Positions 12,802 to 26,290 of a stretch of 64,000 nt of DNA are shown here, piece by piece (position 1 is the stretch's first letter; the number at the start of each line of letters is the position of its first letter). The position numbers and the translations under genes were made by a program. The stretch is from Ginglymostoma cirratum (lineage: Eukaryota), in contig JAHRHZ010000085.1 of assembly GCA_024137785.1 (NCBI GenBank), positions 15,420,772 to 15,484,771 on the forward strand, read 5' to 3'. The notes under the pieces were generated by a model. It was not told where the DNA came from and ran no database searches. It saw nothing but the letters and a program-made list of their open reading frames with translations.

Positions 12802-15771
12802 GGGCTGGATCTTACAATTTTTTTGGCTAAGTGGGAGTTGTCAAGTTTTTTGGAGGTTGTTATTATTGCGAGGTCTACTCATATTTCTTGCTGAATCTTA
12901 CCAAACTTTAATCACCCTACCCTGCCTTAATGACATCCCTCTCACTGATTCTAGCCCCATTTTATCACATGCTATTCTGGAACAACTCACCACTCCCCAG
13001 GCATCCCTTGCACCCGTGCCAGTCAGACAAGCATTGACAATCCAGTGTTGCCCCTCACTGGCAACATAATGGCACATTGGCAGCAAAGCAATGTTTCTCA
13101 CAATACATACAAAACCATTCTCTCATCCTAGCCCCCATTTAACAATAGAACACACAATCTGCCTTGTCCTTATCTACGTGTGTCTAAATAGCCTCCACTA
13201 TCTCCTCAGTGTCTGCTGTAGACCCACACCTTGACATTGTCCAGTCAGAGAACAGGCAAGGAATTAAACAATCCCAAAGAGTGAACTTTTATTTGCAGTC
13301 AGCAAAGGTGAACGCAATATAATGAATAGAGACTGTAGCTCACCCTGACATTGTGAATCAAAAGCTGGAATGATGACCAATGTCTATTTAACTATATTGT
13401 ACACAGCCCTCATTGACTGGAACAGGTTGTCCGTTAGGTCCTGTCTGGTCTGTAGCACCCAATGCGTTAGAGCTCTATCATGGACAAAGGAGAACTTCCT
13501 CTTCCCCAATATGTTTATCCCCCTCGTTGGGAAGACTGCTCCCATTCTCCCCATTCCTCACATTGCCTCACTGCCTGCTCCAATTGTGTAGAGCGCAGCA
13601 CACCAGGATGATGCAGCACACTATGTCTGGACTGTACTGGACAGCCCCTCAGACCCAGTCGAAACCATATCTTCCAAAGCCCCATCGTCTTCTCCAAAAT
13701 CGCCCTGGTCACAGATTATGCACCAACTTGGTGAAGGTGCCACACTGGCATTGCCCAAGTGATCAATGTATTAAATCAGAAAGGGAGTGTCCAGCCCCCT
13801 TTCCATGCCAGACCTGAATCGATCATTCAACTTTAGTTGAATTCAGCCACGTCCATTGTTGCAATTAGGTGACATATGATGAAACAATGTTATCTTCCTC
13901 CCACAGCAGCCTTGGAAATTTCACAAGTGATGGTCACCTTTGGCAGCATTTATCTCTTTTTAGACCTTTGCTGCCAAGTTCCTCATCACAACATAATAAT
14001 GTTAGATTTGCAAGCACCATTGGCATAGTGCAATCCATCTTGGGTCACCAAAGCACCTTCATTCTGCCTGCATTGCAAATGGGCAAATAGATTATTGCAA
14101 ATGAACTGTAGCTGGAGTTTGCATATACATTGCTTTATGATATTTGCCCTTTCAATCCCCTGATGCCCAGCAGACATGGATCCTGTACTTTCGCCTTCAA
14201 AATGACACTGACTCCGCCCACCTTGAGTTTAGTCCTGGTCTTTTCTCCAGTTGCATTTCGCATCAAGGGGACGGCGAGTGGTGGCGGGGAATGCAGCTTA
14301 CGGTAAACACCGTCAGCACCAGCCCCCGTCTGGTCACCAGGTTACCCCCAACCCCGCCATCCTGGCCCTCCATGTCCCCTGTCACCTTGCACCATCCCAT
14401 TTCTACCCATTCCCCCCAGCGGGAGATTGGGCAGATTGAACATTGCCTTCAGCTGTCCTCACTGCCCCTGAATGCAACATTGCACCTTAATGATGCTCAT
14501 TCTCCTCCTCTGCGCTATCCCTGTACAGGCCCTGTTGACGGTTACTGCCAGTAACTAACCATTGCCAGCACCCCCCCATGTCCTACCATGCCCTGTGATG
14601 CTATTCCGCACATTCTGTATACACATTGAGTACACCCTTGTCCCTACTTCCAGACATTCCTGTGCATTCTCCCAGCCTTGTCGCTCCCACCAGATTTGGC
14701 AGTGATTGCCCTGCTGTCCCTGGGGACTCCTCTTGCATCTTCCCCAAAATGATCAACACACAGACCACAGCAGCGTGTTCGCTCGACCCTCTGACCAACT
14801 TGGATGAGCAGCTCCTAGATGTGACAGACTGTGGCCCTGACCACTGTCTTTGCAGCTTCCTGAGTGATGGTATGTGATAGCCCCGAGAGACTGCTTAACC
14901 CACAGCCCCACCCCCAACCCACACCACAGTTGGACAGATCTATTAACACTAGCTGACCTGAGTGCTCAAACGATTGTGACCGAACCCCTGGATTGTGCGT
15001 GGGCAGTGCCCATGACCAATGGTCCTGGGGCCTCTGACCCACAGAACACTCTGTTTGAGGGGACTGAAGACTCCTTTTTCTGATGTGGTCTTTGGGTTGA
15101 AAAAATATGGCACATACTGTCAGTGTTAGAATGACGTTTCGACGTACCATACTCCATCCCACCTCCCCAAGCAACCTGTTTATATGTCAATGTGGCACTA
15201 CTGATAGCCCTTAAGTTTTGCAAAATGGCACGGCAAGTAGCGAGCACACAAGTAGGTGCTAAGTGAGCGAGCACTAAGAGAGCAAGTAAGCAGTTTTGTA
15301 AGCAGCCTGGTCCAGTCAGTGAGCTGTGCCTCATTTGATGCTAGCTGCTGCTGTCCCTTGAAGTGCAGGTCCATGGACAAAGGCTGGTGTCCATGAGTCA
15401 TACCCCCCTGAGATGTATTTGGTGCTGAGCAACATGGAGGGTCCTTCAAACCTGCAGTGAGCTAAAGTCACCAGATAACCACGCTGACTTCTGTGTCGAG
15501 AATTCTCGACATTGCATGCTTTGGTAGGGCAGAAAGTTGAATATTAAAATGGTGAGTTGTGACATTACTAAGAGATTAAACAAGCAATAATCTTCCTTAA
15601 TTGGCAATTCACTGTTGTCTAGAGAAAGATTTGCCTAGCCAATGGGGAGGTGTATCAAAGATGCAGCAAGTTTCTCCCGATAATCTAGATGGGCCTCACT
15701 GGATTTCTCATGTGATCTTGGCTCAAATCCCAATGTAAGCTCATCATTCAGCCCCCAGTTAGATTCCACCC
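12802..15771 (-). mobile_element. Decayed PIF/Harbinger DNA transposon (transposase pseudogene plus probable Myb/SANT ORF remnant)
   Basis: Minus-strand TRAILEKTMGLWKIWFR (start of the 13515..13712 ORF) and, after a frameshift, VQYSPDIVCCIILVCCALHNW are the Harbinger/HARBI1 C-terminal motifs. An N-terminal-like segment lies at 13986-14177. A KQVAW...R..T...C segment near 15100-15190 resembles Myb/SANT. Imperfect termini gggctggatctta / ttagattccaccc. Confidence 0.7.
13520..14177 (-). pseudogene. Harbinger (DDE) transposase pseudogene fragment
   Basis: R..LEKT.GL.K..FR and QYSP...C.II..CC.LHN motifs in different frames, with stops and frameshifts. Confidence 0.7.
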
Positions 15772-15852
15772 ACACACTGAATGATCGTTCACAACATTGC
15801 TTTTTCCAGGAAGCATGCCTTTTGTATTCAACTATGCATCTAATTTCATTTT

Positions 15853-16042
15853 GGTTAGGTTGATTGGCCATGCTAAATTGCCTATTGCGTCCAGGGATGC
15901 GCAGGCTAGGTGAAGTGGCCATGGAAAGTGCACGGTTACAGGGACAGGATAGGGGGCTGGGTCTGGATGGGATGCTCTTTGGGGGGTCAGTGTGGACTCA
16001 ATGGGCTGAATGGCCTGCTTCCACACTGTAGGGATTCTGTGA
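15853..16042 (+). mobile_element. HE1/V-SINE-like 3' half
   Basis: ggttgattggccatgctaaattgcc...aatggcctgcttccacactgtagggattct, as in the 24177 copy. Confidence 0.75.
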
Positions 16043-18185
16043 AAGTTACTATCAAACCTGCTTCCACTAGCCTTTCAGCCAGTGCATTCCAGATCAAAGT
16101 TAAACCCATGATTAACCCTTTCCAGAATGAGAGGTCTAGTTAGTATAAGTAAGGAATTAAATTGTTGGTTTTAAAACTGCCACATTTAGCTAAATGTATT
16201 TGTTTTTGATGAGCTTTAAAAAAGTACTTCTTTTCCTGGCTGCCAAGAGTGACCTCAGCAATAGAAACCCAAGGCAGAGATTGTTGGGAACTTACACAGA
16301 GTTACACAAGGTCTGCATCTTGTAGAGAGAGAGGGGAAACATTCATTGTAGTGTCTTCGACACAAACTTGGGAAACGAAAGTGAACAAATACTTAAGATG
16401 AAGAAGAGGGCGAAAACAATGACAGAAAACTGTGTAGTTGTTGGCAATGAATATAACTTTTGGAATTGGTGCTTTCTACAATCTGACTGAGGCCAATGGG
16501 CCACCAACAGCAAAATAAAACTAAATGCTGCTACTCTTTCATTGGTGGACATCCCACACCCAGGTCCTTGTCACAGTTACTTGTTCTTACCATGAAAGTT
16601 TCTAGACGTGTGCAGTTCTTTTTCCTCTTGTTTAGTAACAGTGATTTAAGACCCATCCTTTTGTATAAATGGTATGAAGTCCAAATCAACAGCACAGTAT
16701 AGGACAACACTAAATGAACATGACTCCACAACATAAGCGGGCCGTCATCAACCAAAGCAAGCATTGGAGTGGAAATGATAAGCAGTTTTGGACAGGCAGA
16801 CCATTGTATGACTTAATCTGATCCTGGATAACTTGTTATTCTTTCAATATCCCAGATTCAATGTGACCATTATTCTGCAGTAAGGGCAGAAGAAAGATTG
16901 GAAGAAGATCTGAGAGTGAATATTGGCAACGGGTTGACTTGGTAGAGTCAAGTTCAACCCCAAAAGTGAGAATTAATCATGGAGGGCAGGTACCTTGCAG
17001 AGCTGGTGTACTGTGAGGGGTCTCAGCAGAATTTTGGGATGATGAGATATGCAATGTAGACTCAGTGGGACAAATTAGAGAGGTTACAGCTGTAAAATCT
17101 GTAACTCTGCTTAGTGCCAATAGAAAGACTGAGCATTCAGAAATGATTTGACTGAGAAAATGTTGAAATATTATTTCTACTTCCAGATTTTTGCTAACAA
17201 GGGAGAGGGGTTTAGAACTGGGAACACAAAGAATGCTTTTACAGGTAATGTTTATTGGTATTAGTTGAAGCAGATTCAACTACACAAGTTAAGAAGGAGA
17301 TGAGACAAATATTTGAAGAATGGAAAGGTCTGTGGAGAAGCAGAAGAATGGAATTAGAACAGAAATCTCCATGGCAGAGTTGGAATACAGACTGAACAGA
17401 TATCTTCTGTGCCTGCATTTCGTAATTTGATAAACTGTCATGCATCAGTTATGTTGTATATTTAGGACTGATTAAGGATATGACCAGTCTGAGTCATTCC
17501 AGACCTCTTGCACACAGGAAGGAAGATTATAATTTGTGTAATATAATGTCATTAATATTATGCCTGGAAATCACCATGGATAATATTGTCCCTTGCTTGG
17601 AAACTTGCCGGTAATATAATGTAATGTTCGCTCCATGCTGTTTACATTCATTAGTTTGCTTTGATTGACAGCTGACTGATTGAAAAGTTTCTCACAGAGA
17701 CTGCACTGATGAAATTGGTCAGGTGCAAGGTGCAGGCTCTCCTGTTATCTGAAATTATCTATTATTAAATCTGACTGCATAATGTCTTTGCAGACTTCCA
17801 TCTATGAGCAGCATGTTCCCCATCATTAAGCAGCTTCAAAAATAGCTTTCTTTGTCACACTTATTCTTATTGAATAGAATTATAACATTGTAACATACTG
17901 TCGAGAATTATGTTGTGACACTATTCAGCAGAGAAATATGCCATTACGTCCATTGTGTCTGTGCCAGCTTTTTGAAGGAGTTGTCCAATTCATCCAACTC
18001 CCTTACCCTTTCTTCATAGAATTGCAACCTTGAAAGTCTGTATCCAAATCTCCTCTGGAAGTTAATCTTGGATCACCACTCTTCTAGACCATAATAACTT
18101 GCTGCCCAATAAACATTTCTCTTCATTTCTTCCTGGACATTCTTTAAAAGTTCTAACAGGGATGTGGGTGTAGTTGGCAAGGCCA

Positions 18186-18355
18186 GTCTCTGTAAAAAAA
18201 ATTGCCCCTCATATCTTTTTTAAGACTTTCTCCTCTCACCTTAAAAATATATGCCCTGGTTTTGAAATCCCCCACCCCAGGGAAAGGGCCACTGCCATTC
18301 ACCTTATCTATGTCTCTCATGATTTTATAAACCTCTATAAGGTCACTCCTCAAAC
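18186..18355 (-). mobile_element. CR1 LINE fragment
   Basis: Minus ORF RSDLIEVYKIMRDIDKV...FKVRG is a typical CR1 ORF2 C-terminus. Confidence 0.75.
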
Positions 18356-18591
18356 TTGATTGGATTCTATATACTGTTATAACCTTCAGTGCTACATTAA
18401 AAGTACCAAATATACCAAATATATTCTTGATATACTAAATGAATGAACTAACCTGCAGCTCAAATGATCGTTTCTTATGAAATTCAAAATATACATGTAA
18501 TCTTCCTTGATTTGACTAGTGATGAGTTATTAAGTTAGGTTCAAATAAATTTTATGTCTATTGCTTACAAATGAAACAATCTAGTTTAAAT

Positions 18592-18758
18592 AAAAAGAGA
18601 AATTCCTGGAAAAGCTCAGCAGGTTTGAGGAAGGGTCACTCGACCTGAAACATTAACTCTGATTTCTATCCACAAATGCTGCCAGACCTGCTGAGCTTTT
18701 CCAGCCATTCCTGTTTTTATTTTTGGCTTACAGCATCCACAATTGTTTCCGTTTTTAG
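18592..18758 (+). mobile_element. Short Penelope-derived element with inverted 5' segment and decayed hammerhead
   Basis: ctggaaaagctcagcaggt (~18606) is the reverse complement of acctgctgagcttttccag (~18686). ttgaggaagggtcactcgacctgaaacattaactc is a mutated 7934-type motif. Confidence 0.7.
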
Positions 18759-19888
18759 TCTATTCTAAATGTCTATTGTACAGATGCAGCGGCATGGATT
18801 TGATTAGAACTGTTCTTCTGGCCTGGTATCAAGGTACAGACGGAGACAGCTACAGTAAGGATTGCATAATTGTGCCATAATTAGTTCCAGTGTGCAGTGA
18901 GAAGTAAGAGAAATTATATTCATAGGTAAGCCAAGGATTTTCAACAACTTAAAATATACTCTCATATGTCTGACTCAGCATCTGCTGATTGACTTCTTGC
19001 TGTATAAAAGTTTGAGTGCAAAGAGATAGTACTATAATCCTTAGACAGTTAACTTGAAGTTGCTAATGGCAATTTCGCTGAACAAATATGCAGATTCGAT
19101 AGGAAACTCACAATTTGATGAATAGACTCTGTTAAATGTTTTGGTCCTGCAACTCCACTTAAATTTTCCGTCTTCCCACTAGCAAAGCTCCCAGGGAAAT
19201 GTCATAAAAGGTTAAAAATGGCAGATTACTTGGGAGTCCTATCAAAGTTATGAAGTTTTAGAGTCCTGAGGTCATTCGTTGCTAGTTCTGTGGATGACCA
19301 GAGAACATCAGAAATGTTCAGTACTGGGCGAAGAATTTACCACGCTGATATTTTTGATTTAATTGAAGAGAAATCAACTGAGATTTCTAACAAAGGCTTG
19401 GGCCTATCTTTTTCTCTTTGATTAAATGAAAATAACTAGATACAAATGCACAAATTAGGAGCAGAAGTCATAGCCATTCAGTTCCTCAGGCCCAACTCAT
19501 CTATTGATAAAATGGTAGCTGATCTGACTGGGCCCTCAATTGCACATTACGGCTTATGCCTGATTCTCTTTCATTCCTTGGTTGGTTAAGAATCTACTGA
19601 TCTACCTCCTCTTTAAAAATATTCAATGACAAGCATATTCAAAAACATGATCCTAACATACGTGCACAGCTTTTGGATAGATTGGAATAAAAGTAAATAT
19701 TGACTTAAATCAAGCTGTTTTGTGAATAAGTTTTTATGAGGAAAGGAAAGATTTCAAACATTTCAATGGCATTACTGATTGAAGTGAATAATGGGGGGAA
19801 ACTGGTGCCATGTTGTAACAAGAGCATATCAAAAGTCTACTTAGAGTCATACTATTTACAAAGAATCCCAGGCAAAATATGTACTGTA

Positions 19889-20206
19889 ATCATAGAATCC
19901 CTACAGTGTAGAATGAGGCTATTTGGCTCATCGAGTCTGCATCAGCCCTTCAAAGAGCATCCCTCCCAGACCCAATCCCCCATTCCTATGGCTAATCCAT
20001 CTAACCCGCCCATCCCTCAACACAATGGGGAAATTTAGCATGGCCAATCCACCTAACCTACACATCTTTGGACTGTGGGAGGAAACCCACGCAGACACAG
20101 GGAGAACATGCAAACTCCACACAGACAGTCACCTGAGAGTGGAATTGAACCTGGGTCCCCGGTGCTGTGAGGCAGCAATGCTGACCACTGAGCCACTGTG
20201 CCACCC
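19889..20206 (-). mobile_element. HE1/V-SINE-like tRNA-derived SINE, near full length
   Basis: Reverse complement begins gggtggcacagtggctcagtggtcagcattgctgcctcacagc with a B-box ggttcaattcc and V-domain-like tgtgtggagtttgcatgttctcc. Confidence 0.85.
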
Positions 20207-23200
20207 TAATGGATGCGGCTTTCCTAGCTTTTACGGGGCACCACATTGACAAATGTTCTTTCTGGCTTGTGTGCTACATGGCATCAATTTGACTCAATCA
20301 GTATTTCCATTATTTCATTAATAACATAAAAAGAAATCATAGCTAACACCATTTCCATATATGTCCTTCATTGTCTGTTAAGTCAGAGTGATATTCTTGT
20401 CTTGTCATGTGCTTTTTGAATAATTGCTTCAGTATCTTCCCCCCAGACCTTTGTAGGAGCTAACCTCTATAGTCTGTGTCCTACTGTTTAAAAATAGTCC
20501 CCTCCCTTGGGCAATGGATTCTGAAAGAGAGCTGCCTTGTGATAACGTTAGTGCATTCTCAGGAGAGAAACGGTATGAACTTGTTGAACTCAGTCTGCAC
20601 TGTATGTTACAGTTCAGATGGAGGGGACAAAGAGAAAGGATAAAAACAGAGAGACAGGGAGAGAAAATGGAACATGGGTAGTAGGAACTGGAGGCACACA
20701 GGTGGAGACAGGAATGCTTTTTCTACTAATTTGTTTTTCTACTTGTCTTGCCTCCCATGGGACTCAAGCTGAAGACCGGAGCACTGTGGACTTGTTCCCA
20801 TACAGCTCTCCATAGCATGTCTGTTAAGTATGTGCCAAGTGACTTTGGTTTATTTCCTTCTCTCACTCTGGTAAGTGTCTGGTTTTCCTTAATAAATTCC
20901 CACAGTGGCATGATTGAATCTATAGACTCAGTGTATGGTGTTTCAAATAGCATTCTTCAAGGCTGCCACAAACTAAGGTGAAAGTGAATTACAGTGGAGG
21001 CCAAAGTCTATGCCTATATGGAAAACCAGTAAATGTATTTCTCCAAACACCCCCCTTTCATGATTACAGTCTGCATTCACTGTCAATTGCAATGGCAAGT
21101 TATCCTAAAGACATATCAATGAATAAAAAATATCATTTGCGAATAAACCCTCAAGAATTCTAATCAGTCCCACTCTCGTAAGTCTGTGAACACACATTTC
21201 ATCCATTGTCTCTATCGAGTCAAGATCTTTTGGTGACATGCGTGTGAATTGCTGTTGTCAGTTTGTCTACTACATGCTGGTTCCTGGAGTGATGTTTCTT
21301 CTCCGAGGAAATGTTGTTCCCATGATGAGTGCTTGAACAGAGATGGATGCTTCTTTTCCACTGGGCATGACTTTCCCGATCTTGGAGATGGCAAGAAGAT
21401 TAAAGAAGTTGAGGAGATGTCCAAAGCTGTAATCTGGGGTTAATTGGAGTCTGTAGCTGATGACTGACAACCTCATAGCTTCTCCACATGTTCAGCTAAA
21501 TAGGTTAGTGCTGTCACATAGTTTTCCTTTCTCATTGAGGCTTGATTTTGAAGACAAACAATTCATACATAATATTAATAACGGGCTCAAAATATATCTT
21601 CAGGGCCTTCAAAATGGCTGCAATCTGAATTTCCTGCTCCCAAGTGAGATCTAGGGTGCAATATAGCCTATAACATTCCTTCTCCAGCACTGATCACAGT
21701 GTTGCTACTCCTATTTGCTCAGTCTTTTAATTTAATTCCATGGTAATTTCGTAGTTTTGTCACCAAATGCAAATTCTGTCTCATTTCTTTCATTTCCAAA
21801 GCAGCAGGAAAATTCACAGCCATTCTGACTCACCCAGCACTTCAAAGGTGCAGGCTGTGCTTTTAATTTTTTTATGCTGGTTTTGCAGTAACTGGTGCCC
21901 TTGCAGATCTGAGAATCCACTCAATATCAGATGTATATCTGACATCATATTTCAAGTTATTTGTTTGATGGTTGCCACATACTAAAAAGAAAGCAAGTTA
22001 CAGCAAAGGTAGAGGTCACATGATTATAGCAAACCAGCTAGTATACTGTGTACAAATGCATTTCTGCAAATGTGTTGTGAGTCAATGTTTTGATTTCTAT
22101 CCAGGTACTGCGTGACAAAGAATATTGGCACAGATAAGGCTGTGAAATAAAGAAATCCTCCTGTGTGTATCATGGTCCAGTCATCTTTATAGACATCAGG
22201 TAAAATGTGGGGAGAGTTACTCCCAGCTCTAATCGTGGTGTGTTGACTTTTTACCAGTTACAGCCACGTAAAGTACAAGAGCTTCCTCTTGATAGATTCA
22301 TAAAAATGAATTATTTCCAACACATTAATCATTTCAGAGTTTAAATAATTAATCGTGCCTCATTTGGAAGTGGCTTGCAGTTCATTAATTGAGTAAATGC
22401 CACTTAGACTGTTGTAATTAAGCAATACACATTAGCTGTATCACATCCTGATTCTCCCTGTATGAGGACTATGACCTTTGTCAATTCACTGACTCAACAA
22501 AACAGAGCAATTATTGTATATCATGTTTATTGACAGTGTTCCTCCTTTGGAAATATCAACCTTGATGAACTATTAGTGATATGAATGATATTTTAAAAAC
22601 TCAAAATTAGAGAGTATTTCCTCCGTACTATTAGTTTTTACCTTTGCTTCCATCCTTTTTTCACACTGTCATTTCTTAGATGATTTAACAACAGCTGAAC
22701 TTATTCAGATCTTCTCCCTCTCTATTCCTGTCCTCCAAATTGCATGAGGCAATCAACAACTCATTCATTTCGCCATATAGTTTTCTGATCGAGGGTTAGC
22801 TGTATTGCTGAGGCTGGTCCAGATTTTCCCGTCAAAGTCACAGTAAGAGTGATGGAGCTTGGCATTTTGGGTGTGTAAATGGTCAACCAAATCTGATTGA
22901 GTGGGTGATGCATGGTTTAATTAACATATCCTAAGACTGCTTTCTGAAATCGGTCACTGTAACGTGAGTGTCATAAAAACAGCATCTTGCTAACTGTCTT
23001 TTACCATCAAAATGCACTGAATAGTGTAAAGTTGTTATGCTTGTGGAATCAACTGGAACATAACTCTTCACAGGGGGTTAAGTCAAATCATTTCAATTCT
23101 AAATCTCCTTAAAATGATGTGATAGGTGTTAATTAGCCAATCACTCTGGCACTGAAAATAGTCCATTATTTAAAGCATATCATCTTATTCCTTGCACATT

Positions 23201-23644
23201 CAATTACTGGAGATTTAAAAATAGAACATGTTTACGCTTTAACTTGCTCCCCTTTATTCTGTCTCCTAATCCAACCTCATTAGGTCCAATTTTACCTCAG
23301 TGTAAATCGGAATTTGAGTGCATTAAAATCCTGCAGTTATTTTTCTTTCTTTACTTTCTGACCACCAGAATTTGTGAAGTCAAAGACTTGGAGGGGTGAG
23401 TTTATGGTAAATGTGACAACATAAATGAATTTATGTGTGAGGGAAAAAGGAGATGTTGTTATAAAGTAAGCATTCTGAAAGTTTTAATGTTGGAGACTGC
23501 ATTGAGGTCCATGCAATCTGACACTGTCATGGGATTTAGGTGTGGAAAATGCAGATCAGCTTGGAATCTTGTAGAAAGGGAACCTATATCCTATGTATCC
23601 TGATAGTCTTAAGCATTCTTACTACCTTACTAATGTAACTTATT

Positions 23645-23790
23645 GAGTTATAGAGTCATACAGCATGGAAACAGACGCTTCAGTCCAACTCATCTGTACT
23701 GACCAGACATCCCAATCTGGTCTAGTCCCATTTGGCAGCATTTGGCCCATATCTGTCTAAACCCTCCCTATTCATGTACCCATCCAGATT
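23645..23790 (-). mobile_element. CR1 3' tail fragment
   Basis: agtcatacagcatggaaacagac...tttggcccatatc, shared with the 28410 and 63550 copies. Confidence 0.7.
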
Positions 23791-24176
23791 GTACTTGATT
23801 GCTATCATGCAACAAACTACATCCTGTTTCAGACAGGAAAGTGTCATTAGGACTCAACAGGGCTTTTCCTCTATCACAGTAAACATTAGAGGCTTAAACT
23901 CCATCGAGGGAAGAGGATGGTAGCAAAAAACTACCCCAATAACAATCTGCTGGTGGCTGGCATTGTAACACATGTAACAGCAAAGACAAGTCTAATCATA
24001 GGAGAAGCCATTAGATCTCCTTTGCCAGTAATGAGTTTCCATTAAATTTCAATGACAATGAAAATGGAGACATGAAACTTTGATCTTCCATTTGGATCCC
24101 CAAGGCTAAACTGTTATTGCCACTTGAACCCCCTAGCTGTTCACCCTTACTTTCTTCCTAATGATTATTTTACAAA

Positions 24177-24532
24177 GGGTGGCACAGTGGCTCAGTGGTT
24201 GGCACTGCTGCCTCACAGCACCAGGGACCGAGGTTTGATTCCACCCTCAGACAATTGTCTGTGTGGAGTTTGCACATTCTCCCCGCGTCTGCGTGGGTTT
24301 CCTCTGGGTGCTCCGGTTTCCTCCCACAGTCCAAAGATGTGGCGGTCAGGTGGATTGACCGTGCTAAATCGCTCAAAGTGTCCAGGGATATGCAGGCTAG
24401 GTAGGTTACCCATGAAAAATGCAGGGTTACAGGGATAGGTTAAGGATTGGATCTGGGTAGGACACCCTTCAGAGGGTTGGCATGGACTCAATGGGCTAAA
24501 TGGCCTGTTTCTGCACTTTAGGGATGCTATGA
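24177..24532 (+). mobile_element. HE1/V-SINE-like tRNA-derived SINE, full length
   Basis: gggtggcacagtggctcagtggttggcactgctgcctcacagc head, V-domain-like core, tail tggcctgtttctgcactttagggatgctatga. Confidence 0.85.
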
Positions 24533-25667
24533 AACTTAAAGAACACTGAAGCAAAATGGAATTTGACAGATGCTATTGTTTAGTTGGTTTCTTTGATAAA
24601 TGCAATTGTTGGAAGTTATTTTATCTGCTGTAACGAATTTTAGGACCAGTCCAATAACAATCAACTTCATCCGCTGTGTAAACGTGCAGCCTGTTAATCT
24701 ACAGATTGACAACTGAGATTGAGGAACTGATCTATGCCTTCAATGATAAAGGTCCAGCTTCTAGATTGGTGCCTTCACCCTCTCTTCACTTCCTAAAATA
24801 AGCAGTGTTTTATTTGTCCTCACGGTTTCAGTAACAATCTTTTTCACAGCCTGTGTTTTTGTGGGAGGTGACTCACTAGTTGTAATGTTACTTTGATCAC
24901 TGTATTTTTGTGTGGGTTTTCCTCTGGTTCTAATGCTGACATTATGGCACAACGCCATAATGTTTCACAGTTTCCGACCAGATTTAACAGCTCAGCCTGC
25001 CTGGGATCATTCCAAATTAAAGAGTTTCCTGAATGACAAATTCCAAAAAAATGGCAACAGGATTTTCATTGAGCTCCTTTCCGAGAATTGTTGAATGGAT
25101 AGATGCTAGTTAATCCGACTATTAATCTCTAATTATTTAGTAGACCCCAAGGTTTGTAAAGATTTTGATTCCACAGACTGTAAGAATAGTATTTTCACTT
25201 TTGGCTACACGTACACTGTCATTTGATTTTTTTTTGTCATCAGTACAAAATATTAAACTAGAAATCAGGATAAGGCAGTTACATAATTTGCTTAGCAACC
25301 GACAATGACAAATTATCATTGCAGCCACAATTGCTTAGCAACACAGAAAGACCCACGACATCATTGATTTTGTCAGGAACAATGTGCAGGTTAGCAAATG
25401 CCAGAAACAAATCTCTTTGTTATATCTTGTAATGAAACTTAATATGGGCTATTACGCTGTGAACCTTAAATGAGCATTTGTCAGCTGCGCTCTGAAATAA
25501 ATATGCAGGGATGTGGGACAATACATACATATATTCTGCCTAGAGAAAGCTAGTAGTGAAACAGAAATTATTGTCATGTGTGCGGTGCTATAATAGGTGC
25601 CCACTTCACTTTGCATCGGAAAGCGGTTTACATAACTATTGCTGTAATACTGAGGAGCTTACTGCAA

Positions 25668-26050
25668 GTGCAGCTGTTCCTGTGGCTGAGGCAATAAATG
25701 CAGCTGCTCTCCGGGTTAAGGCACTCAACGCAGGTGTCCCTAGGGAAGCAATGCATACAGCTGTAGAGGCGCTGAGACAGTGAATGCAGTTGTTCCAGGG
25801 ATTGGGACAGTGAGTGCAGCTTTTTCCAGGGGCTGAGACAGTGAATGCAGATGATTCAGACAGCTGAACAAAACAATACAGTTGTTCAGGAACTGAGGCA
25901 GTGGGGGAATGTGTGCCTAGGGTTGAGACAGTATGTACAGATGGCACTCACAGGTATTCTAATGGTTAAGCAGGTTAGCACACATGTTACTGGGGCAGAG
26001 CCTATGAGTGCAGCCTCCCCAGTGTTGAGACAGTGAGTGCAGCTTGTCTT
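25668..26050. repeat. Degenerate minisatellite, ~30-nt period, ~12-13 units
   Basis: Recurring units like atgcagttgttccagggattgggacagtga and gtgcagctttttccaggggctgagacagtga. Confidence 0.7.
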
Positions 26051-26189
26051 TGCATTCAGCTGAGATTGTTTTTGGCTTTAAAGCTCATGCCCTACCTAAT
26101 GAGAACAGCAGCATCCAGTCTCTATAGTACATCCTGTTACTACTCTAAATTGGCTGGAGCATTGAATTGGGGATATTTTGTAACAAAGC

Positions 26190-26290
26190 TGTTCAGAAAT
26201 GTTATGAGACACTTCTGAACCAGGTGGGACTTGAACTCAGGCTTCTTGTTCAGAGGTAGGGGCATTACCATTGTACCACAAGAGCCCCCG
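26190..26290 (-). mobile_element. Short tRNA-like SINE
   Basis: Reverse complement resembles the tandem pair at 45895-46110 (tggtaatgcccctacctctga...cctgagttcaagtcccacc). Confidence 0.5.

Noticed and set aside
16343-16764. Hydrophobic short ORFs resembling membrane peptides
   Set aside because: No homology or exon context. T-rich composition explains the hydrophobicity.
20726-21476. Several 60-77 aa protein-looking ORFs
   Set aside because: No recognisable family, no consistent splice structure, and lengths expected by chance.
24177-24250. tRNA-like sequences (also ~20130-20206, ~46494-46580, ~47410-47481)
   Set aside because: These are SINE heads that continue into SINE bodies, with no proper cloverleaf tRNA gene.
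25668-26050. CRISPR-like periodicity
   Set aside because: Eukaryotic context, and the units are contiguous degenerate repeats without unique spacers.
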